Part shown: one piece after another, positions 1-9,977 of the stretch | Layout of the letters: each line of letters begins with the position of its first letter | Position numbering within the stretch: position 1 is the stretch's first letter | Virus record (IMG/VR): IMGVR_UViG_3300028383_000267 | Location: 1-58,666 of that record | Length of the DNA: 58,666 bases | From: a virus | Lineage: Duplodnaviria > Caudoviricetes | Reading direction: 5' to 3' (one strand) | Position numbers and translations under genes: made by a program | The notes under the pieces: generated by a model | Seen by the model: only the letters and a program-made list of their open reading frames with translations | What the model was told of the DNA's origin: nothing | The model's database searches: none

Positions 1-1
1 T

Positions 2-349
2 AATCAAACTTATTCTAAAGTAGTAGACGATAGGTCTGTTAATAATATCGATCCAGCGAGAAATAGAATAGAAACTAGACACGTTTCTGGAACTAACTAC
101 ACTGATGTATTTGTTACTTGCTTGTTAGATTACGGTGAACCTGCAGATCAAGCAGCTTTTGACAACGCAACAGATCAAGCTGGTGCTTATATATTTGACG
201 AACTAGGTCTAAGAGCATTTTCTACCTCAGGCGAAGGTAGATTGTTAACACATGTTCTGTTTCATCCAGTGCAAAAGAGTTTGAATAGATTGATTCAAAT
301 TGATTACACAGTTCGCATACAGTCGCTGTCAGGGTTTAACGAGGTATAA
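2..349 (+). CDS. Partial (5'-truncated) phage structural protein, probably baseplate/tail
   Basis: Frame is open from the window edge (NQTYSKVVDDRSVNNIDPARNRIETRHVSGTNYTDVFVTCLLDYGEP...), so the track start at 122 is not the true start. Lies directly upstream of tail genes. Confidence 0.6.
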   Translation, partial: NQTYSKVVDDRSVNNIDPARNRIETRHVSGTNYTDVFVTCLLDYGEPADQAAFDNATDQAGAYIFDELGLRAFSTSGEGRLLTHVLFHPVQKSLNRLIQIDYTVRIQSLSGFNEV

Positions 350-351
350 TA

Positions 352-2355
352 ATGGCATATTCAGTTCCTTTTACAGATAACCTAGAAAAAGGTTCTATCG
401 TGGTAGAAGATGGCACTCTAAATGAGCAAACCACAATTAAATTGCCTGGCAGAAATTACACTGGATATGGTAACGCAATTGCAGAAAATTTTTTACACCT
501 TCTAGAAAATTTTGCGAGCAGTAATCAACCTTCTAGAGCAATTGAAGGTCAGTTATGGTATGACACAACACAGGATAGCGAACAATTAAAACTGTATGAC
601 GGCACAAGCTGGATACCTGCAGGAAATGTTAATAGAAGCGCAATTGAACCAGACACAGCTCAGGAAGGAGACTTGTGGGCAAACACAGAAAACCAGCAGC
701 TCTATCTCAAAAGCGAAAACGAGTGGATATTGGTAGGACCTAATTTTTCCGATGGTCTTAGCACAGGAGCATCTCCTACTACAATAGTTGGCACAGACAA
801 TGAAGAATATTCTGTTGTGCTTATTGAAGTACAAGCTCAACCGGTCGCGATTATATCTACAGGAGAATTTACGCCAAAAACAGCAATATCTGGATTTACT
901 AGGATAAGGCCAGGTATTAATCTCACATCTCGAGACATAACCGGAGCAGGTAATACTAAGTTTATAGGAACGTCTGAGAAAGCCGAAGCACTTGTAGTAG
1001 GCAATGATACAATCGGAGCAGCAAATTTTTTGAGGGGGGACGTTCAGTCAAGGTCAAATTTTCCACTTATTATACAAAACAACGACGGAGTTTCAATCGG
1101 GACAGATTCTGCGCTTACTTTAGGAATAGACGGCCAGGCAGGACTTATTCAACATAATATTGATGGATCTAATATCGACATTAGAATGAGGGATCAAGGA
1201 ACTACGCGCACTGTAGTTAGAATTGATAGTTCCCAAAATGTTGGCATCAATAATCAAGCACCAGACGAAGCGCTAGATGTCAACGGTAATATTCAAACAA
1301 ATAGTGCAATATTTGTAGATGGTACAGAAAATTCAAACGAAATTAATGAAGGTTCGATTATAACCAGAGGAGGAGCTGGTATAGCTAAAAACCTCAATGT
1401 GGGTGGGAATTCTAGATTTGCTAATCTAAGCACTTTTGCAAACATAGTTCCAGACGGGCCTAATACTAGAAATATCGGCGTTCCTGAAGCGAGGTTTAAA
1501 AATATATATGCCACTACATTTGTAGGCACTTTAGAAGGCAATGTTCTAGGTACAGTGTCAGGCGCGTCGGGCGAAGCAGAAAGATTAACCAATACTACCA
1601 GTTTCCAAATTATAGGAGATGTTACCTCACAAAGTGTTACATTTAACGGTTCAGGCAATTTAACAAAAACCTTTGAAACCAGCATAAGCAATTCTTTTAT
1701 TGGCGACAAAGACAGAGTTCCTAGCTCTAATACAGATGATGAACTATTGATAAACAGAGTATCTGGCACTACTGGCTTGTTCAAAATTTCTGTAGATAAT
1801 TTACTGGATCGTGTACCTGAAAACCCTGCGGGAGTCATAATGCCTTATGCTGGTGATTCTGTTCCTGGGGGATGGTTATTATGTGATGGTTCAGAATACT
1901 CTCGGTCTACATACCAGCGTCTCTACGATGCAATAGGAGACAAGTTTGGAAGTGATGTTGAATCTGGTAATTTTAGAGTTCCTGATTTGAGAGGACGACT
2001 ACCTTTAGGTGCTGATAACATGGGAGGTAGCAGTGCTGACAGGGTAACGGCGGACTATGCAGACGGGGTAGGCCAGGCAGGCGGGTCTGATAAGGTTAAT
2101 ATAGAAGTTGAAAACCTACCAGACCACGAACATGATCTCAAAGGTGATTCAGGTGACCAATACTATGCAATTCGTGATGTTGCTGGCACACCAAACGATA
2201 AAGAGGCTATAACATATGATGCTCCCACAGGATTAGGAAACGGCCAAGCTTATCCTAGCAGCGGAGGTGTTGTTGATGGAGAAGGTAATCCTCTAGATAT
2301 TATGAATCCAACATTAACAATAAATTACATAATTTACACAGGCAGGGCAGCATAA
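352..2355 (+). CDS. Tail fibre/baseplate protein with C-terminal phage tail-collar domain
   Basis: Tail-collar motif PAGVIMPYAG..VPGGWLLCDG...LYDAIG..FG...FRVPDLRGR; N-terminal GRNYxGYG..ENF..LLENFA...GQLWYD module; G/T/S/N-rich. Confidence 0.85.
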   Translation: MAYSVPFTDNLEKGSIVVEDGTLNEQTTIKLPGRNYTGYGNAIAENFLHLLENFASSNQPSRAIEGQLWYDTTQDSEQLKLYDGTSWIPAGNVNRSAIEPDTAQEGDLWANTENQQLYLKSENEWILVGPNFSDGLSTGASPTTIVGTDNEEYSVVLIEVQAQPVAIISTGEFTPKTAISGFTRIRPGINLTSRDITGAGNTKFIGTSEKAEALVVGNDTIGAANFLRGDVQSRSNFPLIIQNNDGVSIGTDSALTLGIDGQAGLIQHNIDGSNIDIRMRDQGTTRTVVRIDSSQNVGINNQAPDEALDVNGNIQTNSAIFVDGTENSNEINEGSIITRGGAGIAKNLNVGGNSRFANLSTFANIVPDGPNTRNIGVPEARFKNIYATTFVGTLEGNVLGTVSGASGEAERLTNTTSFQIIGDVTSQSVTFNGSGNLTKTFETSISNSFIGDKDRVPSSNTDDELLINRVSGTTGLFKISVDNLLDRVPENPAGVIMPYAGDSVPGGWLLCDGSEYSRSTYQRLYDAIGDKFGSDVESGNFRVPDLRGRLPLGADNMGGSSADRVTADYADGVGQAGGSDKVNIEVENLPDHEHDLKGDSGDQYYAIRDVAGTPNDKEAITYDAPTGLGNGQAYPSSGGVVDGEGNPLDIMNPTLTINYIIYTGRAA

Positions 2356-2356
2356 G

Positions 2357-4243
2357 ATGAGCTATCGACTGAACAAAACCAACGGTGAACTAGTGCTAGA
2401 TCTAGCAGACGGTCAAATTGATAATACTAGTACAGACATAACTCTAGTAGGAAGAAATTTCAAGGGATTTGGCGAATTTATAAACGAAAATTTTATCAAA
2501 ATTGTTGAAAATTTTGCAAACCTTAATCCGCCCGACGCTCCTTTAGAAGGCCAGTTATGGTATGATACAAACCAAGCAAAGCTTAAAGTTTACAACGGTT
2601 CCGAGTTTAGACCAGCAGGCGCTCCGTTATTAACCCCAGATAGACCTCCTCTTGTAGGCGGCGATTTATGGATAGATAATCTCAACAGGCAACTGTATTT
2701 TTACGACGGAAATATAGATAACGAATTAACACTCGCAGGTCCTATTTACAGTGATTCACAAGGAAAAAGTGGATTTGAGGTAGAAACCACTATTGATATA
2801 TCTGAGCAACAAAGAACAGTTTTGAAGTTGTTTATAGGAGGAGACCTTGTTGCAGTTATTACAGATGCTGAGTTTAGATTATCTGGTAATAACAAAGTTC
2901 AAGGTTATCCCGATGATCCTAACGATTCTATAAATCCTCCAAGACAGTTGTTTGAAAATGGAGTAAATCTAGTAGATGCAAATTTCCGTTTTAGAGGCAC
3001 TGCAAACTCTGCTAGAGCTCTTGTTGATGCAGAAGGAAACGAAAGAACAACGGCAAACTTTTTGCCAGCTGACGAGAACGGTGAAACAACCGGTAGTTTA
3101 TTTGTAAAAAATGCCAATGGTGTCTCTATTGGCGTCAATGATATTAATTATGCTAGTTTTAAACTTATAGGTACAACAGCAGCAATAGAAACGCAGCAAT
3201 CTAATACGGATCTTACACTGCGTACAAGGATAGGCAACCGAGATCTTAATGCTGTTTATATTGACGCAGATGAGGCAAGAGTGGGTATTTTTGATACTAC
3301 ACCGGATTATACTCTAGACATAGATGGTGATTTGCGTGCTACCGGCAATGCTATTATTGACGGAAATCTTACTGTAAACGGGGAAGCAACATACATTAAT
3401 GTAAACACATTATCTGTGCTAGATAAAAACATAGAGTTAGGATTACTAGACGATAGCACAGAAGGCAATGACAATGATGTAGATAACGCAGGCATAATTG
3501 TAACATCTTCAGACGGAAGTAAAGATTTTGTTTGGAAAAGAGATACAAATTCATTCTCCTCAAATGTGAATATTGATTTACTACAAGGAAAAGAATATAA
3601 AATCAACGGGCAAACAGTTCTAAGTTTTAACCGTCTGCCTACAGTGAGTTCTGCAAACAATCTGTCTAGTATAGGAACATTGGTTAAGCTGAATGTGGAT
3701 GATATTGAAATAGATGGCAATGTAATATCCTCCAGTACAAACACAGATATATCATTTGACCCAGGCCGCAATATATCCGTTTCTAATAGTTTAATTAAGC
3801 TGGTAAATGATCCTGATGACGAAAAAGATGCTGCTAACAAAAGATGGGTAGAAGAACAAATTAATTCTATTGATGTGGGGTTTGCTTTGGATATTACCGG
3901 CTTGGACAACCCGACACTTAATGACCCTTTTGAATCTGTAAAGGAAATACTAGAGGAAATTCACCCTTCGGAAAATAAAACAAACGGAACTAGAGCAAGA
4001 ATTCATTGTACTTCGACAAACAACCTTACAGTTACGGGCATTAATGTTGACGATGCAAAAAGTTTGACAACGGTTGATGTCCTAGGAGCAGACTCACAGC
4101 AAACAGAAGAATCTGTAGTTCAAGATATAACTTTTGTAGATGTATCTGGATCTATATCCTCACAACCCACAAGGCAACTAATGGAATTTACGATTCGAAA
4201 CGGTGAGTGGGACCATGATTCTACTACTACTCTCAATTTGTAA
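2357..4243 (+). CDS. Tail fibre/baseplate structural protein
   Basis: Same N-terminal ENF..ENFA...GQLWYD module as its neighbours; beta-repeat-like body; DAANKRWVE fibre-like motif. Confidence 0.75.
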   Translation: MSYRLNKTNGELVLDLADGQIDNTSTDITLVGRNFKGFGEFINENFIKIVENFANLNPPDAPLEGQLWYDTNQAKLKVYNGSEFRPAGAPLLTPDRPPLVGGDLWIDNLNRQLYFYDGNIDNELTLAGPIYSDSQGKSGFEVETTIDISEQQRTVLKLFIGGDLVAVITDAEFRLSGNNKVQGYPDDPNDSINPPRQLFENGVNLVDANFRFRGTANSARALVDAEGNERTTANFLPADENGETTGSLFVKNANGVSIGVNDINYASFKLIGTTAAIETQQSNTDLTLRTRIGNRDLNAVYIDADEARVGIFDTTPDYTLDIDGDLRATGNAIIDGNLTVNGEATYINVNTLSVLDKNIELGLLDDSTEGNDNDVDNAGIIVTSSDGSKDFVWKRDTNSFSSNVNIDLLQGKEYKINGQTVLSFNRLPTVSSANNLSSIGTLVKLNVDDIEIDGNVISSSTNTDISFDPGRNISVSNSLIKLVNDPDDEKDAANKRWVEEQINSIDVGFALDITGLDNPTLNDPFESVKEILEEIHPSENKTNGTRARIHCTSTNNLTVTGINVDDAKSLTTVDVLGADSQQTEESVVQDITFVDVSGSISSQPTRQLMEFTIRNGEWDHDSTTTLNL

Positions 4244-4252
4244 CCGCATATC

Positions 4253-4260
4253 GATAAATA
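4253..4260 (+). promoter_or_regulatory. Putative T4-like late promoter (GATAAATA)
   Basis: Intergenic TAAATA core about 25 nt before the ATG at 4285; the same motif precedes other structural genes. Confidence 0.6.
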
Positions 4261-4284
4261 CTCTTATAGAAGGGGTATGAAATA

Positions 4285-5763
4285 ATGGCTTACACTATCA
4301 ATCGATACGACGGCAGCACACTTACCGTTGTTGAAGACGGTACTATCGATCAAAACACAGATCTAAAACTAGTTGGCAGGAATTATGCCGGTTACGGTGA
4401 AATACAGAATGAAAATTTTGTATTCCTGTTAGAAAACTTTGCAAACCAAAATCCGCCTCCTAAACCTGTCAGCGGCCAATTATGGTTCGACTCTAGCGCA
4501 TCCAAATTAAAATTCTACGATGGAGGGCAATTTAGATCTACCGGCGGCGCAGAAACAAACACCGATCAACCTTCCGGGCTCACAGAAGGTGATTTTTGGT
4601 GGGACACTTCAAACGAACAGTTGTATGCATTTAACGGCACAGACTTTATTTTGATCGGACCGCAGGATGCCGGTGAAGGCATCACGCAGATGCAGAGTCG
4701 AACAGTAATAGACACTAATGGTGTAGCCCATTCTGTGATTGTATCGATTCTCAATGATGAAGTCGTTCATATTATATCAAATGAAGAATTTTTCATACAA
4801 CAGACTTCAGAAAATGCAATTTCTGGATTTGACATTGTAAAGAAAGGTGTGACACTAGTTAACACTCAAAATGCTACTGGCGGTGTTACAACAACTGATC
4901 ATCTTTTTTGGGGCACCGTGTCTAATGCTTTGCAATTAGGCGGTGTTGACGCAGACGATTTTGTTAAACAAGGTGATGCTGGATTTAACTCTTTGGTATC
5001 ATTCTCGGATTTTGGTTTAGCAGTTGGCAATTCTAATGATCTAAAGGTTACTATAGAAAACGGCGACGAAGCAGCTATTTCAAACGAAGTCGGTGGAGTC
5101 ATAAAATTTAAAGCAACCGATCAATCAGGCACTTTAAAAGACACACTGCGCATTCGCGCCAACAGCGTTCTACCAGGTAAAACAGGCGGCGTAAAAGAAG
5201 CTGTTGCTATTGGCGCAATGGACGATACTTTTGAAGATGTTTATGCAGATAATTTTTGGGGAGTAAGTGAGCAAGCAAACAGTCTGTTAGTAGGCGGAAA
5301 CAAACGATTCGGTGATGTTCAGGCTACTTCAAATTCTGTAGCGGTTAGAGACAGTTCAGGAGATTTGAGAGTAAATCTTCTCAGAGGAACAGCACTAGCT
5401 GCTAGATATGCAGATTTGGCGGAAATTTATTCAACAGATCGAAAGTATCCTGTAGGAACAGTGCTTACTATATGTGTCCATGAAGGCCACGAAGCAGAGC
5501 AGGCTGAAGAGAACGATATTCCGATTGGTGTAGTTTCTCTAAAACCAGCATACATAATGAATTCAGAAGCAGAAGGGCAGCCTGTGGCCCTTACAGGCAG
5601 AACACCAGTAAGAATTACAGGAGCTGTGCAAAAAGGAGATGCTATTAGTGTAGCAGATAACGGTACAGCAGTAGCAAACGGATCAGGCGCCAGAGTAGGA
5701 ATCGCACTAGAATCTAGCAGTATTGTGGAAGAAAAGCTAGTCGAATGTTTTATCAAGACATAA
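4285..5763 (+). CDS. Tail fibre protein with C-terminal intramolecular-chaperone/peptidase G2-like domain
   Basis: Shared N-terminal module; C-terminal YADLAE.Y...GTV...IGVVS..PAYIMN...VAL.GR.PV...KGD pattern typical of autocleaving fibre chaperone domains. Confidence 0.7.
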   Translation: MAYTINRYDGSTLTVVEDGTIDQNTDLKLVGRNYAGYGEIQNENFVFLLENFANQNPPPKPVSGQLWFDSSASKLKFYDGGQFRSTGGAETNTDQPSGLTEGDFWWDTSNEQLYAFNGTDFILIGPQDAGEGITQMQSRTVIDTNGVAHSVIVSILNDEVVHIISNEEFFIQQTSENAISGFDIVKKGVTLVNTQNATGGVTTTDHLFWGTVSNALQLGGVDADDFVKQGDAGFNSLVSFSDFGLAVGNSNDLKVTIENGDEAAISNEVGGVIKFKATDQSGTLKDTLRIRANSVLPGKTGGVKEAVAIGAMDDTFEDVYADNFWGVSEQANSLLVGGNKRFGDVQATSNSVAVRDSSGDLRVNLLRGTALAARYADLAEIYSTDRKYPVGTVLTICVHEGHEAEQAEENDIPIGVVSLKPAYIMNSEAEGQPVALTGRTPVRITGAVQKGDAISVADNGTAVANGSGARVGIALESSSIVEEKLVECFIKT

Positions 5764-5766
5764 ATA
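5759..5766 (+). promoter_or_regulatory. Putative late promoter (CATAAATA)
   Basis: TAAATA core overlapping the upstream stop codon, about 25 nt before 5792. Confidence 0.5.
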
Positions 5767-5791
5767 AGTGCGTACTTAATGGAAAATAAAT

Positions 5792-6805
5792 ATGTCAATT
5801 AATTCTGGTGATAGAATAATCGCTGCCGACTATAATACTCTCCAAAGTAGAGTAGAACAAATCCTAGGCACTGGCTCCCAATCTTTCGGCTACGGACAAC
5901 AGGTAGAAAGCTCACAGGTAAGCGGACCATCTGAAACTGGAGCAACAGATGCTAGCGATGTTACTGCAGAAGAGTTAAACAATCTTCGAAGCGATATAGG
6001 CAGGATATATACTCATCAAACAGGATTGTCAAATCCTGTCGAAGAATTTGTTTCTACAGATGTAATTGGTGCTGACCAAACAGCTAAAGAAGTTACAGTA
6101 GACGACGATAATAATTATTCCTATAATGATATAGATGAAACAAAAGGATTTAATAATTTAGTTGAAATTGTAAATGAGCTAGAATCAGACTCAAATCGTT
6201 TTAACATTAATCCTAATCAACAAGGAATAGTATTTCTCTCGTCTGACAGACGCACTCTTAGCTGGAATGGAAATATTCAATCAGAATTTCAACTTTCTTT
6301 TTCTGACTCTGACCAAAGAAGATATTTCTTTAATGCAGGCGGCCAAATTAGAATTAACGGTACGGTTACAAATGCGTCTACCCAAAGAGGCACATTCTGG
6401 AACGATCTAATAGAAAATCCTGGTGAGATACAATTCGGATATAATTATACTCAAAATACTGGCAGCAGTAATGGAGTATCATTTCCAGGTGGTAAAAAAG
6501 GTAATGCAGACTTAACCTCTTTATATCAAACTATCTTTAGAAAAGATGCAAGTTCTGGATTATATTCGGACAGCTACTGGGAGATTCAAGCAAAAGAAAT
6601 TTCAGATAGCAAAATCAGTTTCCGCGTTATTCTAGTAAACGACGGACCTGAAAGTGACACTGACTCTGGAGTTTCTGGTGCAATATCAGGCGGGGTCAAA
6701 GAATCTGTCGAAGCTGACATTGAATTTGACTATGATGCCAGAAGAGCCGATGGCACGGTTGTTACAGAATTTCCAAATATACAAATCTCAGACAGATTCG
6801 AATAG
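5792..6805 (+). CDS. Virion structural protein (paralog 1)
   Basis: Very acidic, S/T/G-rich; RYFFNAGGQIR motif shared with 6869..7867; late-promoter context. Confidence 0.65.
   Translation: MSINSGDRIIAADYNTLQSRVEQILGTGSQSFGYGQQVESSQVSGPSETGATDASDVTAEELNNLRSDIGRIYTHQTGLSNPVEEFVSTDVIGADQTAKEVTVDDDNNYSYNDIDETKGFNNLVEIVNELESDSNRFNINPNQQGIVFLSSDRRTLSWNGNIQSEFQLSFSDSDQRRYFFNAGGQIRINGTVTNASTQRGTFWNDLIENPGEIQFGYNYTQNTGSSNGVSFPGGKKGNADLTSLYQTIFRKDASSGLYSDSYWEIQAKEISDSKISFRVILVNDGPESDTDSGVSGAISGGVKESVEADIEFDYDARRADGTVVTEFPNIQISDRFE
6383..6420 (+). repeat. 38-nt exact direct repeat, copy 1 (copy 2 at 7454-7491); a 29-nt repeat also occurs at 6320-6348 and 7391-7419
   Basis: caaagaggcacattctggaacgatctaatagaaaatcc and agatatttctttaatgcaggcggccaaat are each present in both paralogs. 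Confidence 0.9.
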
Positions 6806-6836
6806 CCACTTTGAAACGTCCGCACGCTACACCGCC

Positions 6837-6844
6837 AATAAATA
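6837..6844 (+). promoter_or_regulatory. Putative late promoter (AATAAATA)
   Basis: Intergenic TAAATA core about 25 nt before 6869. Confidence 0.55.
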
Positions 6845-6868
6845 GCTTAGTATTGGATGTTCTAATAA

Positions 6869-7867
6869 ATGGCAGTTAATTCAACACAATCTATTACCGC
6901 AGAAGAATATAACAGTCTGCAGTCTAGAATTTCTCAGATACTAGGCACCGGCTCGGATAACGAAGGCTATGGACAGACAGTATTATCTTCACAAGTTCAA
7001 TCAATAACCGACTTGTCGGCAGTTGACGGCGACTCCGTTTTGTCAACTCAGCTTAACAATCTTCGCGACGATTTTAATACTGTGGTTGAACATCAAACAG
7101 GGTCGCCTACTGATATATCCAGTTTTTCTGTAGGAGACATTGTAGGTGCAGACCAGTCAGGGACTGATATAGAGTACGACCAAGACGGAAATATTACTTT
7201 TGTAAACGAAGACGATTCAAAAGGATTTAACGATTTTATTTCTCTCATCAGTGATTTAGAAAGTAACAGATTCGACATCGCACAAAACCAACAAGACATC
7301 TCTACTTTGGTTTCGTTAAGTAGAAGTGACTCCTGGAACGGAACCATAAGTGCAACTGTTTTAGTAGAATTTGTCTCTGAAGACGACCTTAGATATTTCT
7401 TTAATGCAGGCGGCCAAATAAGATTTGTAGGGGATGTTACAAATGTTTCAACTCAAAGAGGCACATTCTGGAACGATCTAATAGAAAATCCCGGCGAGGT
7501 ACAGTTCGATGCCGAAAAAACCAATAATACAGGAAGCGATAGCGGTGTTTCCTTATTTATGGTTGGAAATTATGATTTGACTTCGTCTTATCAAAACATA
7601 TTTAGAAAAGATGCCAATGCTGGACTCTATAGTGACAGTTTTTGGCGCATAGAAGCTAGAGAAGAATCTACAAAATCTATTAGTTTCCGTATAATTCTTG
7701 TTAATGACGGTCCTGAAAGCGACACTGATTTCGGAGTACCCGGCGGGGTCGACGGAGGAATACAAGAATCTGTTCAAGCGGACATAGAGTTTGAAATATC
7801 TACTCGTCGTGCAAACGGCGTAGTAACTGTTGCTAACCCTGATATTACTATCACTAACTCTTTTTAA
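6869..7867 (+). CDS. Virion structural protein (paralog 2)
   Basis: Colinear paralog of 5792..6805 (YNxLQSR..QILGTGS, RYFFNAGGQIR, GLYSDSxW, NDGPESDTD). Confidence 0.65.
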   Translation: MAVNSTQSITAEEYNSLQSRISQILGTGSDNEGYGQTVLSSQVQSITDLSAVDGDSVLSTQLNNLRDDFNTVVEHQTGSPTDISSFSVGDIVGADQSGTDIEYDQDGNITFVNEDDSKGFNDFISLISDLESNRFDIAQNQQDISTLVSLSRSDSWNGTISATVLVEFVSEDDLRYFFNAGGQIRFVGDVTNVSTQRGTFWNDLIENPGEVQFDAEKTNNTGSDSGVSLFMVGNYDLTSSYQNIFRKDANAGLYSDSFWRIEAREESTKSISFRIILVNDGPESDTDFGVPGGVDGGIQESVQADIEFEISTRRANGVVTVANPDITITNSF

Positions 7868-7870
7868 AAT

Positions 7871-7899
7871 TTGACATTCGTCGGTTTTTCACTTATAAT
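7871..7899 (+). promoter_or_regulatory. Consensus sigma70 promoter heading the enzyme cluster
   Basis: TTGACA (7871-7876), 17-nt spacer, TATAAT (7894-7899), followed by the RBS AAGGAGG before 7921. Confidence 0.85.
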
Positions 7900-7920
7900 T
7901 AATATAATAAGGAGGACCTA

Positions 7921-8280
7921 ATGGACGAACGACTAGAAAAAGCTCTTGATTTTTCGAACTACATGGTAACTCTAAATAATCAAAAAAGAATTTTGAAAGA
8001 GAAATTTAGAGAATCTGTAGTGCATTATCATAGAGGCGGTCAGTTTACAGTAACAAAACAGCTTGTTACATTTGTAAATCTACTGGTAGACAAAGATAAC
8101 ACAGAAAACGTTGTATTAATTGACGACAATGAAACACCTATCATGGTAGAAGATTTGGAAAATTTTCTAGATGATATATTAGATATCTACTTTTCCGCAG
8201 CAAATGTGTTTCACACAGAATATCAAAAGCTAACGAAAAACAGATCCACAGAAAAATTAGTAGAGTATGAACAAGACTAA
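7921..8280 (+). CDS. Hypothetical phage protein, first gene of the cluster
   Basis: 119 aa ORF with a strong RBS, overlapping the next gene. Confidence 0.7.
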   Translation: MDERLEKALDFSNYMVTLNNQKRILKEKFRESVVHYHRGGQFTVTKQLVTFVNLLVDKDNTENVVLIDDNETPIMVEDLENFLDDILDIYFSAANVFHTEYQKLTKNRSTEKLVEYEQD

Positions 8281-9157
8281 AGGTATTTTGGTTTTTGCAA
8301 GAAACAATTCTCAAATAGATTACATAAAACAGGCATATTTTCTTGCAAAAAGAGCTCGAAGCTATCTCGATCTCCCTACAACAGTAGTAACTGACAGTGA
8401 GGATTTTCTAAAAAATCAATACCCTGACTGGGACTCTGTGTTCGACGGAATTGTTTCTATTGTGTGGGAAGAGGATAAGCTAGTTGGCAGCGCAGTTCTT
8501 TCACCTAGAGAAAACAAAAATCTAAAAAAGTTTCATGATGGTTCGCTAGTAAGCAAGCAGCTTGCCTGGAAAAACGAAGCTCGGGTGCTCGCATATGAAG
8601 CCTCTCCTTACGACGAAACGCTGGTTCTTGATACAGATGTTATAGTTTGCAACGACGAGTGGTTAAAATGTTTTGAACAACAGCATGATCTTCTCCTTTA
8701 TAAACACTCAACAGAGCTGATAGACATAGATAGGGGCGATGATCTCGAAAGAATTTCTGATACATCAGTGGATTTTTATTGGGCAACCTGTGTTTTCTTT
8801 AGGAAAACAGAAACAAATAAAATTTTCTTTGGTTTAGTGCAGCATATACAGGAAAATTGGTCACACTATAACAATATCTTTCAGATAAATTCTCCTTATT
8901 ACCGCAATGATTACGCTTTTTCGATTGCCGTACACATAATGAACGGCTATCAAACAGGTGATTTTGCAAAACCTATGCCAGGAACGTTGTATTTTGCTTC
9001 AGATAGATCCGTTTTGTGGCAGATTCAAGGAGAATCACTGTTTGTATTGCTAGAAAAACCACTTTATGATGGAGAATACACGCCTTTGAAAGTAAAAAAT
9101 TGCAATTTACACTTTATGAACAAGTTTAGTTTGAACAGGTGTATCGATGAGCTCTAG
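8267..9157 (+). CDS. Putative GT-A fold glycosyltransferase (GT8-like)
   Basis: SPYDETLVLDTD DxD motif; YRND acceptor-side motif; C-terminal HFMNK. Confidence 0.65.
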   Translation: MNKTKGILVFARNNSQIDYIKQAYFLAKRARSYLDLPTTVVTDSEDFLKNQYPDWDSVFDGIVSIVWEEDKLVGSAVLSPRENKNLKKFHDGSLVSKQLAWKNEARVLAYEASPYDETLVLDTDVIVCNDEWLKCFEQQHDLLLYKHSTELIDIDRGDDLERISDTSVDFYWATCVFFRKTETNKIFFGLVQHIQENWSHYNNIFQINSPYYRNDYAFSIAVHIMNGYQTGDFAKPMPGTLYFASDRSVLWQIQGESLFVLLEKPLYDGEYTPLKVKNCNLHFMNKFSLNRCIDEL

Positions 9158-9977
9158 AGGATTTGTAATTTATGCAGAAGGATCTGCGTATGTCAGGCAG
9201 GCATATCTTGCAGCACTCAGTTTACAAGCTTCCGGCAATGAATATCCTGTCAGTTTAATCACCTCAGATTCCGTTTCTCGAAAATTTCGTCGAGTCTTTG
9301 ATAAAATTATCAAAATTCCGTGGTACACAAAGTCAGAACACAGTCTTTGTACAGATAATCGCTGGAAAATCTATCATGCAACACCCTATGAACACAATAT
9401 TGTTCTAGATTCAGATGTTTTAGTACTAGAAAATCTTGATTATTTTTGGGAATTTGTAACTAATTACGATTTGTATTTTCCAACCACAGTTTTCACGTAT
9501 AGAAAAGAACAAATTGTAGACAATTTTTATAGAAAAGCATTTTCTGCAAATGATTTGCCTAATTTTTATAACTGTGTACACTATTTTAAAAAATCAGATT
9601 TTGCAAAAGAGTTCTATGCTTGGGTAGAGCTAGTAAATAATAACTGGGAACTGTTTTATGGTAAATTCTGCTCAGAACACTATCCAAAGCAGCCTTCGAT
9701 GGATATAACAACTGCAATAGTTTCAAAAATACTTGATTGTGATAGCGAAATTTCTAATGCGTCAACGGAATTACCTCAGATTGTGCATATGAAATCGCAA
9801 GTCCAGTATTGGAAAAATTCTACAACACGGTGGCAGGACAGAGTAGGAGTGTATTTGAGCGAGGACCTACAGCTAAAGATAGGAAATCATAGACAGGATA
9901 GTATCTTTCACTATACAGAAAACGATTTTTGCACAGATACAATGATAGGAAAGTTTGAAAAATGTCTGAATCTTTGA
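9147..9977 (+). CDS. Putative GT-A fold glycosyltransferase (paralog of 8267)
   Basis: TPYEHNIVLDSD DxD motif; VHMK motif. Confidence 0.65.
   Translation: MSSRGFVIYAEGSAYVRQAYLAALSLQASGNEYPVSLITSDSVSRKFRRVFDKIIKIPWYTKSEHSLCTDNRWKIYHATPYEHNIVLDSDVLVLENLDYFWEFVTNYDLYFPTTVFTYRKEQIVDNFYRKAFSANDLPNFYNCVHYFKKSDFAKEFYAWVELVNNNWELFYGKFCSEHYPKQPSMDITTAIVSKILDCDSEISNASTELPQIVHMKSQVQYWKNSTTRWQDRVGVYLSEDLQLKIGNHRQDSIFHYTENDFCTDTMIGKFEKCLNL

Noticed and set aside
6320-7491. CRISPR-like or att-site repeats
   Set aside because: Only two copies each, in frame within paralogous coding sequences, with no spacers or integrase.
586-7777. Antisense ORFs over the tail genes (for example 1293..1838, 3307..3909, 5427..5798)
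   Set aside because: Fully nested opposite long genes with recognisable motifs; S/L/P-rich shadow translations with no RBS.
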